A stretch of DNA of 64,000 bases, from NCBI GenBank assembly GCA_965279515.1, contig CBDIID010000003.1:320001-384000 (forward strand). The letters run 5' to 3'. Source of the DNA: Turneriella sp. Lineage in GTDB: Bacteria; Spirochaetota; Leptospiria; Turneriellales; Turneriellaceae. Positions 47,323-56,027 of the stretch are shown here, piece after piece. A program made the translations under genes and the position numbers. Position 1 is the first letter of the stretch. Every line of letters starts with the position of its first letter. The notes under the pieces were generated by a model that was not told the origin of the DNA, did no database searches, and was given only the letters and a program-made list of their open reading frames with translations.

Positions 47323-47876
47323 GGTTTTTTAGCCGCTTGACCCGGCGCAATAAAAAAATCATTATCGCCATTGGGGCGCACGACCTGCACCAACGGAAAC
47401 TGCAGTTCGCGCCCGGCATCGGTTAGACGCGCAAGTTCTGTCCAGATTTTACGCAGTGCGATCGCCGTCTGTGCATAAATAGTAAATTTATAAGCCGGGC
47501 TGATTTTAAGTTCATAAGGCTTTTTGCCCTGCGCCGCGAGGGCTTTTACGACATGCGCGGGCAGTTTTTTTTCCGTGATACAGCCGCCCGCAGATTTCAG
47601 GTAGGGTTTTCCCACGGTGATGGCATTCTCAAAATAGATCAGAACCGGCTCGCAGGGCAACGCATACGATTGTAACAGGCGGCGTGTCTGAACGATCTGT
47701 TCGCCGGTCTTGTTATAGTCACCGCGATGTTCACCCGCATAAATCGTCGCGGCAAAAACTTGTCCCTCGGACCGCTCTGCGCCGCTGAAGACGCCGAGAT
47801 AGACATACGAAAATATAAAGAAACCTGGCACTGTGATTGTGAATGCCGCAATGATGAGGATGAATTTCTTATTCAA
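47319..47876 (-). CDS. Hypothetical membrane-anchored protein (GyrI-like fold possible)
   Basis: N-terminal TM; 'H.GDY..TG', 'IYFEN', 'S.GGCI'. Confidence 0.6.
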   Translation of the reverse strand: MNKKFILIIAAFTITVPGFFIFSYVYLGVFSGAERSEGQVFAATIYAGEHRGDYNKTGEQIVQTRRLLQSYALPCEPVLIYFENAITVGKPYLKSAGGCITEKKLPAHVVKALAAQGKKPYELKISPAYKFTIYAQTAIALRKIWTELARLTDAGRELQFPLVQVVRPNGDNDFFIAPGQAAKKP

Positions 47877-48355
47877 GATTTTTTTCCCGTGGCGATGAGT
47901 TTCTCGATAATCTTAACCTCGGCGTCGGTGAGCGGAATCACGGAAAGCCGGAAGCTGGTAAAGAGCAGTGATTTTCCCAGGCCCGCAGCTTTCAGGACTT
48001 CGCGGTCGAGTTCGAACGGGTATTTTTTGACGAATTTGAAACGCGGCGAAAACCACTGCGGTTTTTCACGTTTGCTTTTGGCGTCAAAATAAGGCGACTT
48101 TTTATCGAATGCGCTTTCATCGGGTTCCGCTTTGGCGATAACCTTCATCTCGCCGACGATCGCCGGCACCGGGCAGCTCGAATGGTAAAAGTAGCCCCGG
48201 TCACCGATTTCCATCGCGACCAGATTGTTGCGCGCAGTAAAATTGCGCACGCCGTCCCAGAGCGTTGTCTTATCTTTCAGCGCCATGAGATGGTCGATGC
48301 CGAACGTATCCGGCTCTGATTTCAGAATCCACGAACGTGGCGGGCGCGCTGCCAT
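47873..48355 (-). CDS. EVE domain protein
   Basis: WILKSEP..F, WDGVRN..ARN, GD...FYHS, YFD.KS, RLSV.P. Confidence 0.93.
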   Translation of the reverse strand: MAARPPRSWILKSEPDTFGIDHLMALKDKTTLWDGVRNFTARNNLVAMEIGDRGYFYHSSCPVPAIVGEMKVIAKAEPDESAFDKKSPYFDAKSKREKPQWFSPRFKFVKKYPFELDREVLKAAGLGKSLLFTSFRLSVIPLTDAEVKIIEKLIATGKKS

Positions 48356-48585
48356 CAGGACGGACTTCCTAAATCCCAGACATACTCAAACTCTTCTTTA
48401 GCGGCTTCATCGAGACGTTCGGGCTGGAAAAGGGTTTTGACTTTCGGATTGGGATAGAGCTTTACTTCATTGGCTTCGGGAATATGCGTAATCATGCGCA
48501 CGATGGTGTTTTCGCCTTCAATCTCGTAGAGCATAAAGGCGGTGCCTTTGCCCGGCACAGGCATCGCGGATTTCAGATAGCGCAT
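48355..48585 (-). CDS. Small hypothetical protein
   Basis: 76-aa ORF (MRYLKS...) whose stop overlaps the EVE start; start uncertain. Confidence 0.6.
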   Translation of the reverse strand: MRYLKSAMPVPGKGTAFMLYEIEGENTIVRMITHIPEANEVKLYPNPKVKTLFQPERLDEAAKEEFEYVWDLGSPS

Positions 48586-48643
48586 GACGCCGATTGCGGG
48601 GCTTTCGACAAAGCGAAAATCACTAAACCGCGGGGCGGGCCGG

Positions 48644-49921
48644 CTAATCACCGGCCACGGTTAAACGCTCAAAAAACACGCCTTTAGGCCCAAAATACGA
48701 GGCCCGCTGCACCGTTTCCTGCGATTTGAATGCGGTGGCGAAGGCTGTCTGCGTCGATCCTGAAACCGAGCCGCCCTTGATCGGAATCTTTTTACCATTC
48801 TTGTGCAGGTAACCCAGGCGGATTTCCCCCGAGAAGGCACCCGAAATCGTATTCGGCTGGAACGTTGAAAACTTGCTGAGTTCGAGCACTCCTTCACCCA
48901 GGAAATCCGCATAGCGAGTGGCACCGCAGGCAACTTCAATATTCATGAGCGCGCTCGTGCGCGGAGTTTTTAAGAGATCGGCGTAACGCCCGTCGATCAG
49001 AAAGTTCGTGACCGTTGAATTTTCGATGAGTTTCACTGTCTCTGCGGCAAAACCGAGATCGTCGAAAACAAACGAGCGCATGCCACCGGGAATTTCCGCG
49101 TTAGAGGAAATAGCCAGGGGTTCTTTCGCGTCGCGGACAACCATGTCGCCCCTTTGGAAAATCGAATAGCGGTTAAAGAGAGCATGCCCGTCGAGCTGCG
49201 CGACAAAAAAATCAAACAGGCTATCCAGCGCGTCGCCGGCAAGCACGACCGGAAACTCGCCGGTCGGCGGCAACACCGCAGCCTCAAGATCACTGAGTAT
49301 CGCTGCGTCTTCTTCGAGTTGCTCTTCGAGTGTCAGGTCGGCAAGCAGGCGGCGTTTTTTGATACCCATGATCTCGTGCCGGTTATCGGGGCTGGTGAGT
49401 ACGTAGTCGCAGACGACCCGGGTTGACGCCGCTTCGACTTCGAGGCCACGATGATTGCGGATCAGGTAATCGTATTCTTCAAAAAAAAGCTCCATGCTGT
49501 TTAAAGGAAACCGCGCCAGGTTTTTGAGCCGGAAATTTCTTATCCGGTCGGCGTAGGCGATGAGCGCATCGAGGTCAGCGTCACCAATCGCCGGGTCAAG
49601 AATCGCAGCCGTCCTTTTCGGCGTGTATGCAGCTGAAAAATTAAATGCGGGATTGCGCACCAGCCGTGCGCGTGCAGCGGTCTGGCTGACGAGATCCGTA
49701 AGCGATGCCGGTTTGCCCTGAAAACGCGTGGTGCTCTCACCCATCAACGCATCGTCGACCGGCGTCTGTATGCGCAGCGCGTAATTTTGCACCGAGTTAC
49801 AGCGGACAGTCTCGATTTCGTCCTTAACGAGGTAGACTTCGGTCGATCTTTTTTGCAGGTTGCTGACCTGCCAACCGCGCAGGCCGATTGCTTTTTTAAG
49901 AACAGAGATAAGACTTTTCAA
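48644..49921 (-). CDS. TldD/PmbA family protein (PmbA/TldE-like, no HExxH)
   Basis: G.FPVVL, S..FDD.G, LIE......FL, SG.FSG, PI.G.SVSG. Confidence 0.85.
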   Translation of the reverse strand: MKSLISVLKKAIGLRGWQVSNLQKRSTEVYLVKDEIETVRCNSVQNYALRIQTPVDDALMGESTTRFQGKPASLTDLVSQTAARARLVRNPAFNFSAAYTPKRTAAILDPAIGDADLDALIAYADRIRNFRLKNLARFPLNSMELFFEEYDYLIRNHRGLEVEAASTRVVCDYVLTSPDNRHEIMGIKKRRLLADLTLEEQLEEDAAILSDLEAAVLPPTGEFPVVLAGDALDSLFDFFVAQLDGHALFNRYSIFQRGDMVVRDAKEPLAISSNAEIPGGMRSFVFDDLGFAAETVKLIENSTVTNFLIDGRYADLLKTPRTSALMNIEVACGATRYADFLGEGVLELSKFSTFQPNTISGAFSGEIRLGYLHKNGKKIPIKGGSVSGSTQTAFATAFKSQETVQRASYFGPKGVFFERLTVAGD

Positions 49922-49927
49922 TTTTTT

Positions 49928-50272
49928 TCAGGGACAAAAGGCGGTATCGGATACTTTGTACTTTGAATTATTCGAGCATGTCAGCGTATAGCCACTGGAC
50001 TCGCATTTTTTATCTTCATAAGCAATGATAGTATCGTCGTAAATTGTCAGCGAAGTGGATGTGCAGTCTACACTCAGGTTCTTGCAGGCGTCTTTACTGC
50101 TTTCATCCGTGCAGTAAGTGGCTATGCGTTGGCTCGCGTTGCCGCCACCGCAGGTCGGCGTTTTAACGGTAATGGTCGTCGAATGGATGCAGACCGTCGG
50201 CTTGCTATCGTCTTTTTTCATATTATTGCAGCCGGCAATGAGGAGTAAGGCCAGGCAGAAGGCGATGCGCAT
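49928..50272 (-). CDS. Cys-rich lipoprotein
   Basis: Lipobox LIAG-C plus eight further Cys in about 100 aa. Confidence 0.75.
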   Translation of the reverse strand: MRIAFCLALLLIAGCNNMKKDDSKPTVCIHSTTITVKTPTCGGGNASQRIATYCTDESSKDACKNLSVDCTSTSLTIYDDTIIAYEDKKCESSGYTLTCSNNSKYKVSDTAFCP

Positions 50273-50630
50273 ACCGGCACAGGTCGGCTTTTCGGAGCGG
50301 CGTCAACCCTTCCCCGCTGGGAAATAAGAAATTTCTGTTTTTTTCTTCGATACCATAAAGAGACAGCTTAGGCTACGTCCAAGGCTTCCAGGGCGCTCTC
50401 AGTTCAAATAACTTAAGATAACGAGGGTTCAGAGCAACCGTACATATGCCGTATGAAACGATTAAGGTAGGTTATGCCTTTGGGGCGAACTTACCGTTTG
50501 AAAGAGTAACTCCCCCTCCGGGGATTAATCCCGAAGTCGCCGCCTGGATACACGTCGTGTGTAGCGGCGACTGTGAGCCTCGTGCTCATTATCAGCGGCC
50601 CCGGTGCCGCCGTAATCGGGGGCTGCTGAT

Positions 50631-50648
50631 GCAACCAGGGATGGTTGT
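50631..50648 (+). promoter_or_regulatory. CsrA-binding-site-like hairpin in the flaB leader
   Basis: GCAACCA-GGGA-TGGTTGT exposes ANGGA at the loop; a second ANGGA lies in the SD (CAAGGAGG, 50708-50715). Confidence 0.65.
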
Positions 50649-50721
50649 GGCACAGCTCAACTGGGTCCAGGGCCTTTTGCCTTTGGCAAAAGGCATTGGA
50701 AATTTTCCAAGGAGGGAGAAG

Positions 50722-51585
50722 ATGCAGATCAATCACAATCTGCCCGCGATGCAGGTGAACCGTCAATTGCACAAGGCTTTCAGCCGCTACGAGAAATCGA
50801 TAGAGAAGCTGAGCACTGGCGAACGGATCAACAAAGCGGGCGACGACGCGACCAATTTGGCCGTGTCAGAGAAGATGCGCACACAGATTCGGGGCTTGAA
50901 ACAGGCCGAGCACAATGCGATGAACGGAATGTCGTTCATCCAGACTGCCGAAGGCAACATGGGTCAGGTCAACGACATTCTGCAGCGTATCAGGGAACTT
51001 TCGGTGCAGTCAGCCAACGGGATTTATTCCGACGGTGACAGGCAGCAGATTCAGGTGGAGGTATCGCAGCTGATCGACGAAGTCGACCGCATCGGTACAT
51101 CCGCAGAATTTAACCGGATGAAACTTCTGACCGGCAGGTATGCACGCGGGTCAAAGCTGGGGTCGATTTTCTTTCACGTGGGGCCCAATAAAGACCAGCG
51201 CATCCAGGCGTTCATTAAAACAATGAATGGACGGGCGTTTGGTTTTTACCAGGGCAACGGCGCGAAAGCGGCCAAAAAACCGTTAGCGACGGTTTACCAG
51301 GCGAATGAGATGATCGGGACCGTGGATAACGCTCTCGATAAGCTCGTGCGTCAGCGGGCGGATCTCGGCGCGTATCACAACCGTATTGAAACCACGGTTG
51401 AAGCGCTCCGAACCGGCTATGAGAACATGGTGGCGGCAGAATCACGGATTCGCGACACTGACATGGCCGAGGAACTGCTGGAGTTCACGAAAAATCAGGT
51501 TCAGTTACAGAGTGGTACGGCGATGTTGGCTCACACCAACTTTTCCTCTCAGCTTGTAGTGTCTCTTATCGAGCACAGCAAGTAG
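50722..51585 (+). CDS. flaB: Flagellin (periplasmic flagellar core protein FlaB)
   Basis: INHN, EKLSTGERINKAGDD, QTAEG, ILQRIREL-x-VQSANG, ESRIRDTDMA; strong SD. Confidence 0.95.
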   Translation: MQINHNLPAMQVNRQLHKAFSRYEKSIEKLSTGERINKAGDDATNLAVSEKMRTQIRGLKQAEHNAMNGMSFIQTAEGNMGQVNDILQRIRELSVQSANGIYSDGDRQQIQVEVSQLIDEVDRIGTSAEFNRMKLLTGRYARGSKLGSIFFHVGPNKDQRIQAFIKTMNGRAFGFYQGNGAKAAKKPLATVYQANEMIGTVDNALDKLVRQRADLGAYHNRIETTVEALRTGYENMVAAESRIRDTDMAEELLEFTKNQVQLQSGTAMLAHTNFSSQLVVSLIEHSK

Positions 51586-51608
51586 TTACAGACCGGATTT
51601 TCACTTCG

Positions 51609-51643
51609 AGGGGATGTTCCAAGAGGGAGCATCCCCTTTTTTA
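51609..51643 (+). terminator. Rho-independent terminator after flaB
   Basis: AGGGGATGTTCC-AAGA-GGGAGCATCCCC followed by a T tract. Confidence 0.88.
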
Positions 51644-52426
51644 TTTGCCTGTATAGTGCGGCGGACGCTTTTCGAAAAATGACCTGAGTGCCTCTTTAAA
51701 ATCCGCGGTCTGATTAAGCAAAAACTGTTGTTCCAATTCAAAGCGCTGTGATGCCTGCAAAAGGTGAGCGTAGGAGTAATCTACGATCTGCTTGTTGAGA
51801 GCAACAGCCTGCGGTGGCAAAGCGAGAAGTTTCCGGATCCATCGCTCCCTGGTGGCAGACAACTTTTCCTGCGGGACAACCTCGCTCAGAAAACCGAGGG
51901 TCTGCATCTCGTGCGCCGTAAAGTTTTCACCGAGCATGGCCATCTGCTTCGTCGCTGCAATACCGATGAGGCGTGTGACACGGCAGAGCCCCATAATGAC
52001 ACCGATACTGCGCTTCACCTCGGGCAGGGAATAAATGGCCCGGTCACTGCTGATGCGGAAATCGGCGCAAGCTGCGAGAATGACTCCCGCTCCGATGCAA
52101 AAACCCTGAATTTCGGCGATGATGGGCTTAGAAATAGCTTCAAAGCTGTCGATACAGCCCTGCCCTGCGCTTAAATGTTTGGCATAACTTTCAAAATCCT
52201 GATCAGCCATTTGCGCAATCACCGAGACATCCATGCCTGTGGAAAAATGTTTACCTGCGCTGCGCAATAAAACGACGGCCACCCCACTGTCAGCCGCGAT
52301 ATCCGCACTGATCAACCGCAACTCTTCGAGGCATTCGAGGTTGATGTTATTGCCGGTTTCCGCCCGCTGAAGAGTGAGCGTCGCCACTTTTTGCGCTATT
52401 TCACAGGTCCAATGCTGCAGTTTCAT
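51641..52426 (-). CDS. Enoyl-CoA hydratase/isomerase family protein
   Basis: FSTGMD, KPIIA.I.G.C.G.G, DFR, LPEV, F.EKR.P.Y.G. Confidence 0.92.
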   Translation of the reverse strand: MKLQHWTCEIAQKVATLTLQRAETGNNINLECLEELRLISADIAADSGVAVVLLRSAGKHFSTGMDVSVIAQMADQDFESYAKHLSAGQGCIDSFEAISKPIIAEIQGFCIGAGVILAACADFRISSDRAIYSLPEVKRSIGVIMGLCRVTRLIGIAATKQMAMLGENFTAHEMQTLGFLSEVVPQEKLSATRERWIRKLLALPPQAVALNKQIVDYSYAHLLQASQRFELEQQFLLNQTADFKEALRSFFEKRPPHYTGK

Positions 52427-54411
52427 TAGGATACACCATGAAACTGCGGATGGTTGCGCACACGATGGGATTGCCTCGCGTCCTTGACGTTGCTGACATC
52501 GTAGCGTTTGAGCCAGGCATCACCGAGCAGTGTATACTTCGTATCCTGCGGATGAAAATTCGTCGCTACTGTCGTCGAGTTTTTCGGCCCCATCGCGACC
52601 CCGCTCGAAACAAAAAACCCGGCAGCCAAAAGGTTTGCGCGGATGCGTGTGGATGAAGAATAGGTATACAGGGATGTCTGCTTCAGTCTGAAAAACATCA
52701 GCAGCTCGGTAAAAGTCTCCTCGATCCAGAACCGCGATTCGGTCTGGAAAGAGAACATGTCGTAAAAAACCTCATCGGGCGGCGGGGCATCCGCAAAGGT
52801 CTTCATAAAATCGCCTTGTATCAACTTCCATTCAAAAGAGCGTTCAGGGTTCGTGTATTCACCCTTGGCGAGAATCGCGCCGGGTGCGCGGTGCCGCAGT
52901 TCAGGAAAAAGACTGCGGTACTGGTAAGCAAGTTTCAGCGGATCGAGATCGGTCTCAAAGCTGATGAGTTTCACCGGGCGCAGCGTGCGTTTTTCGAGCA
53001 GCAGTTTCTCGTAAAGGGAAAGTACACCCATGGCATTGGTGGCCGCGCCCAGACCGACATCCCAAATGACTAAAGGTTCAGATGTCGCGGCCTGCAGTTT
53101 CTGTTCAATCTGCGATTGGTCGATGTAAAGTTTTTTGGCTTCCACCGCGGGCTCGGTCACCGAATGCATAATCTCTCCGGAAACACGATCCTTAATCGAA
53201 GCAAACGAGCCGTCCTTGCTGCGGTGGATTTCAAAATTGCCCAGCGATTCCGATTTCCGGTGCCTTTTGATTACCGGCTGATAGGTAATCTCTGGTCCGT
53301 CGCTGCGAATCAGGTCGGTTTGTTTCTGCCGGTAAAAATCTAAAAAGCGGTCTTCACGAATCGCGCCGCGGATCTCATTCATCAGCTTGTGGTAGAACTG
53401 CAGGTTGTGGCGGCCGATCAGGTGCCAGCCCAGGATCTCCTGGGTTTTGACAAGATGATGCAGATAGCCGCGCGAATACGAGCGGCAGGTATCGCACGCG
53501 CAGGCGCTATCCAGCGGTTCATCGGCAAGCCGGTAGCGTGTGCGCCGCAGCGCCACCTTGCCCTCGCCGGTAAAAGCCGTGCCCCTTTCAGCATATTGCA
53601 GCGGCAAAATGCAATCGAACATATCGATGCCGCGGTGCACACCCTCGAGCAAATCAATGGGAGTGCCCACACCCATAAGATAGCGCGGCTTTTCCTGCGG
53701 CAGAAATTCCGTGGTAAAAGCGGTGATGTCTTCGCGCTCGGCTTTGCTTTCACCGACGGCGAGGCCGCCCACTGCGAAACCGTCAAAATCAATTTGCGTG
53801 AGTTCCGCCGCGCTGCGTTTTCTGAGATCGGTAAAACACGCGCCCTGGACGATGCCAAAGAGCGCCTGCACGGAATCGCCCCTGGCGGCAAAGGAACGGT
53901 GAGCCCAACGCGTCGTGCGTTCGAGGGCATCGATCACTTCGGCGCGTTCAGCGGTTGAAGGGATGCACTGGTCGAGAGCCATCATGATATCGCTGCCGAT
54001 GGTTTTCTGCGCCTGGATGCTGAGTTCGGGTGAAAACAGCGTCTTTTTGCCGTCGACCTGGCTGATAAATTCCGCGCCTTGTTCGGTCATTTTTCGTGCA
54101 TGCGGCAGCGAGAAGATCTGGTAGCCCCCCGAATCGGTCAGTACGCTTTTGGGCCAGTTCATGAAGGTGTGGATGTCTTTGAATTTCTCAAAGACCTGGA
54201 GCCCCGGCCGCGAGAAAAGATGGTAGGTGTTTGCCAGCAGAATCTGGCTGCCCGTATCGAGCAGGGTTTCGCGCGTCTGGCTTTTTACCGTGGCGAGCGT
54301 GCCGACGGGCATAAAGATCGGCGTCTCAATAACAGAATGAAGCGTCTTCAGGCGGCCGACGCGCGCCTGTGAATGGCTGGCTTTGTGGGTTACGGAGAAT
54401 TCAAGGCGCAT
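52426..54411 (-). CDS. tgt: tRNA-guanine(34) transglycosylase fused to MnmC/MnmD-like methyltransferase
   Basis: TPIFMPVGT, NTYHL, TDSGGYQ, DQC, GGLAVGE, DMFDC, CACDTC...H. C-terminal GEIMHS, DVGLGAATN, ISFE, FYDMFS, TYSS. Confidence 0.92.
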   Translation of the reverse strand: MRLEFSVTHKASHSQARVGRLKTLHSVIETPIFMPVGTLATVKSQTRETLLDTGSQILLANTYHLFSRPGLQVFEKFKDIHTFMNWPKSVLTDSGGYQIFSLPHARKMTEQGAEFISQVDGKKTLFSPELSIQAQKTIGSDIMMALDQCIPSTAERAEVIDALERTTRWAHRSFAARGDSVQALFGIVQGACFTDLRKRSAAELTQIDFDGFAVGGLAVGESKAEREDITAFTTEFLPQEKPRYLMGVGTPIDLLEGVHRGIDMFDCILPLQYAERGTAFTGEGKVALRRTRYRLADEPLDSACACDTCRSYSRGYLHHLVKTQEILGWHLIGRHNLQFYHKLMNEIRGAIREDRFLDFYRQKQTDLIRSDGPEITYQPVIKRHRKSESLGNFEIHRSKDGSFASIKDRVSGEIMHSVTEPAVEAKKLYIDQSQIEQKLQAATSEPLVIWDVGLGAATNAMGVLSLYEKLLLEKRTLRPVKLISFETDLDPLKLAYQYRSLFPELRHRAPGAILAKGEYTNPERSFEWKLIQGDFMKTFADAPPPDEVFYDMFSFQTESRFWIEETFTELLMFFRLKQTSLYTYSSSTRIRANLLAAGFFVSSGVAMGPKNSTTVATNFHPQDTKYTLLGDAWLKRYDVSNVKDARQSHRVRNHPQFHGVS

Positions 54412-54545
54412 CGCCGAACGAAAAGGCATTTGAATGACTCTGTAAACTGCGATTTGGATTGGCGGAACGCTTTGTGCGCCGAACAATAAACAGGGTGACG
54501 GCATGTCTCGATCACCGGAATCTCCGTTTAAGAGATAACATCCAT

Positions 54546-55982
54546 TTGAGTACCACGACAGCAAAAAAGACATTCGCCGAACTCGGCGTCTCACACACTA
54601 CACTTCAGGCAATCACCGACATGGGCTTCCGCGAAGCCTCACCCGTACAGGAAAAGGCCATACCGATTCTGCTCGAAGGCCATGACCTGATTGGTCAGGC
54701 GCAGACCGGCACCGGTAAGACTGCGGCGTTCGCGATTCCTGTCATCGAGCGGATTTCCACCGAGAAGCGCCTGCAGGCGATGATTCTTTGCCCCACGCGC
54801 GAGCTGGCGATGCAGGTGGCCGACGAGATCCGTAAGATTCTGAAATATAAGAAGGAGATTCTTGTCGCAACCGTCTACGGCGGGCAGAAGATCGGCATGC
54901 AGTTCCGCGATCTGAAACTCAAACCGCAGATCATCGTCGGTACACCCGGCCGCATCATGGACCACATGGCGCGCAAAACCATCAAGATGAACACGGTGCA
55001 ATTCTTCGTACTCGACGAGGCCGACGAAATGCTCGCGCAGGGGTTTCGCGAAGACATCGAACATATTCTGACAGACGCCCCCAAAGAGCGGCAGACGATT
55101 TTATTCTCTGCGACAATGAGCAAGGAAGTGCTGGCGATTACTTCACGCTTCCTGACGAATCCACAAAAGGTGGATGTCCTCGCCGGCGAGAGCAATAAAC
55201 CCAAAATCGATCAATTCTTCGCCATCGTGCCCGAGAAGAACCGTGTCGAAGCGGTGATTCGCCTGATGGATTTTTACGAAATCAAGACCGCACTGGTGTT
55301 CAGTAACATGCGCTCCCAGGTTGACGGTTTAACCGCCCAGTTCAACGACCGCGGCTTCAGCGCCGAGGGCATCCACGGCGATTTGAACCAGGCGCAGCGC
55401 GACAAGGTCATGGCGCGTTTGCGTACAGGCAATGTGCGGCTACTCATCGCCACCGACGTGGCCGGGCGCGGCATCGACATCAGCCACATCGACGCAGTCT
55501 TCAACTTCGACCTGCCGCGCGATGTCGAGTCCTACATCCACCGCGTCGGCCGCACCGGGCGCGCCGGCAAGAGCGGCAGGGCCTTTGCCTTTGTGCGCAA
55601 CTCGGAGCTCAGTAAACTCAAGCGCATCGAAAGAACGCATGGCATCCGCGTCACTCCGCATGACATACCCGCGCTCGAGGCGCTCGTCGGTAAAAGAACG
55701 GCGGTCGTGCTCGAAGACCTGAAGGCCGTGGCGAAAAAAGCGAATCTGGAAAAACTGTATCCCCAGGTGCAGGAATTGGTCGAGCAGGGTTTTTCAGTCA
55801 CAGATATTGCCGCCGCCGCGATCAAAGTACTGCTCGGCCAAAATGGCGGTGGTTATGACACCAAGGCGCATTTTACTTCATTTAAGGAAGAGCTGAAATC
55901 TTTTCAAAGCGAAAAGCCGAAAGGCGGCGGTTACAAGGGCGGCAAAAGCCGAAGACGGTTCGGGCCTCCGAAACGCAAATAA
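54546..55982 (+). CDS. DEAD-box RNA helicase (CshA/DeaD-like)
   Basis: AQTGTGKT, PTRELA, TPGR, DEAD, SAT, RGID, HRVGRTGRAG; basic tail. TTG start inferred. Confidence 0.95.
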   Translation: MSTTTAKKTFAELGVSHTTLQAITDMGFREASPVQEKAIPILLEGHDLIGQAQTGTGKTAAFAIPVIERISTEKRLQAMILCPTRELAMQVADEIRKILKYKKEILVATVYGGQKIGMQFRDLKLKPQIIVGTPGRIMDHMARKTIKMNTVQFFVLDEADEMLAQGFREDIEHILTDAPKERQTILFSATMSKEVLAITSRFLTNPQKVDVLAGESNKPKIDQFFAIVPEKNRVEAVIRLMDFYEIKTALVFSNMRSQVDGLTAQFNDRGFSAEGIHGDLNQAQRDKVMARLRTGNVRLLIATDVAGRGIDISHIDAVFNFDLPRDVESYIHRVGRTGRAGKSGRAFAFVRNSELSKLKRIERTHGIRVTPHDIPALEALVGKRTAVVLEDLKAVAKKANLEKLYPQVQELVEQGFSVTDIAAAAIKVLLGQNGGGYDTKAHFTSFKEELKSFQSEKPKGGGYKGGKSRRRFGPPKRK

Positions 55983-56027
55983 TCCCATTGTTGTTTGACA
56001 ATTTCTCTCTGCGGACAGCCGTTACGC

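Noticed and set aside
50446..50721. 92-aa N-terminal extension of the flagellin in the ORF track
   Set aside because: A strong SD precedes ATG 50722 and MQINHN is the canonical FlaB start. The upstream region looks like structured RNA.
54412..54594. Overlapping N-terminal extensions of tgt and the DEAD-box helicase
   Set aside because: Homology begins at 54411 (-) and about 54546 (+). The extensions are artefacts of taking the longest ORF.
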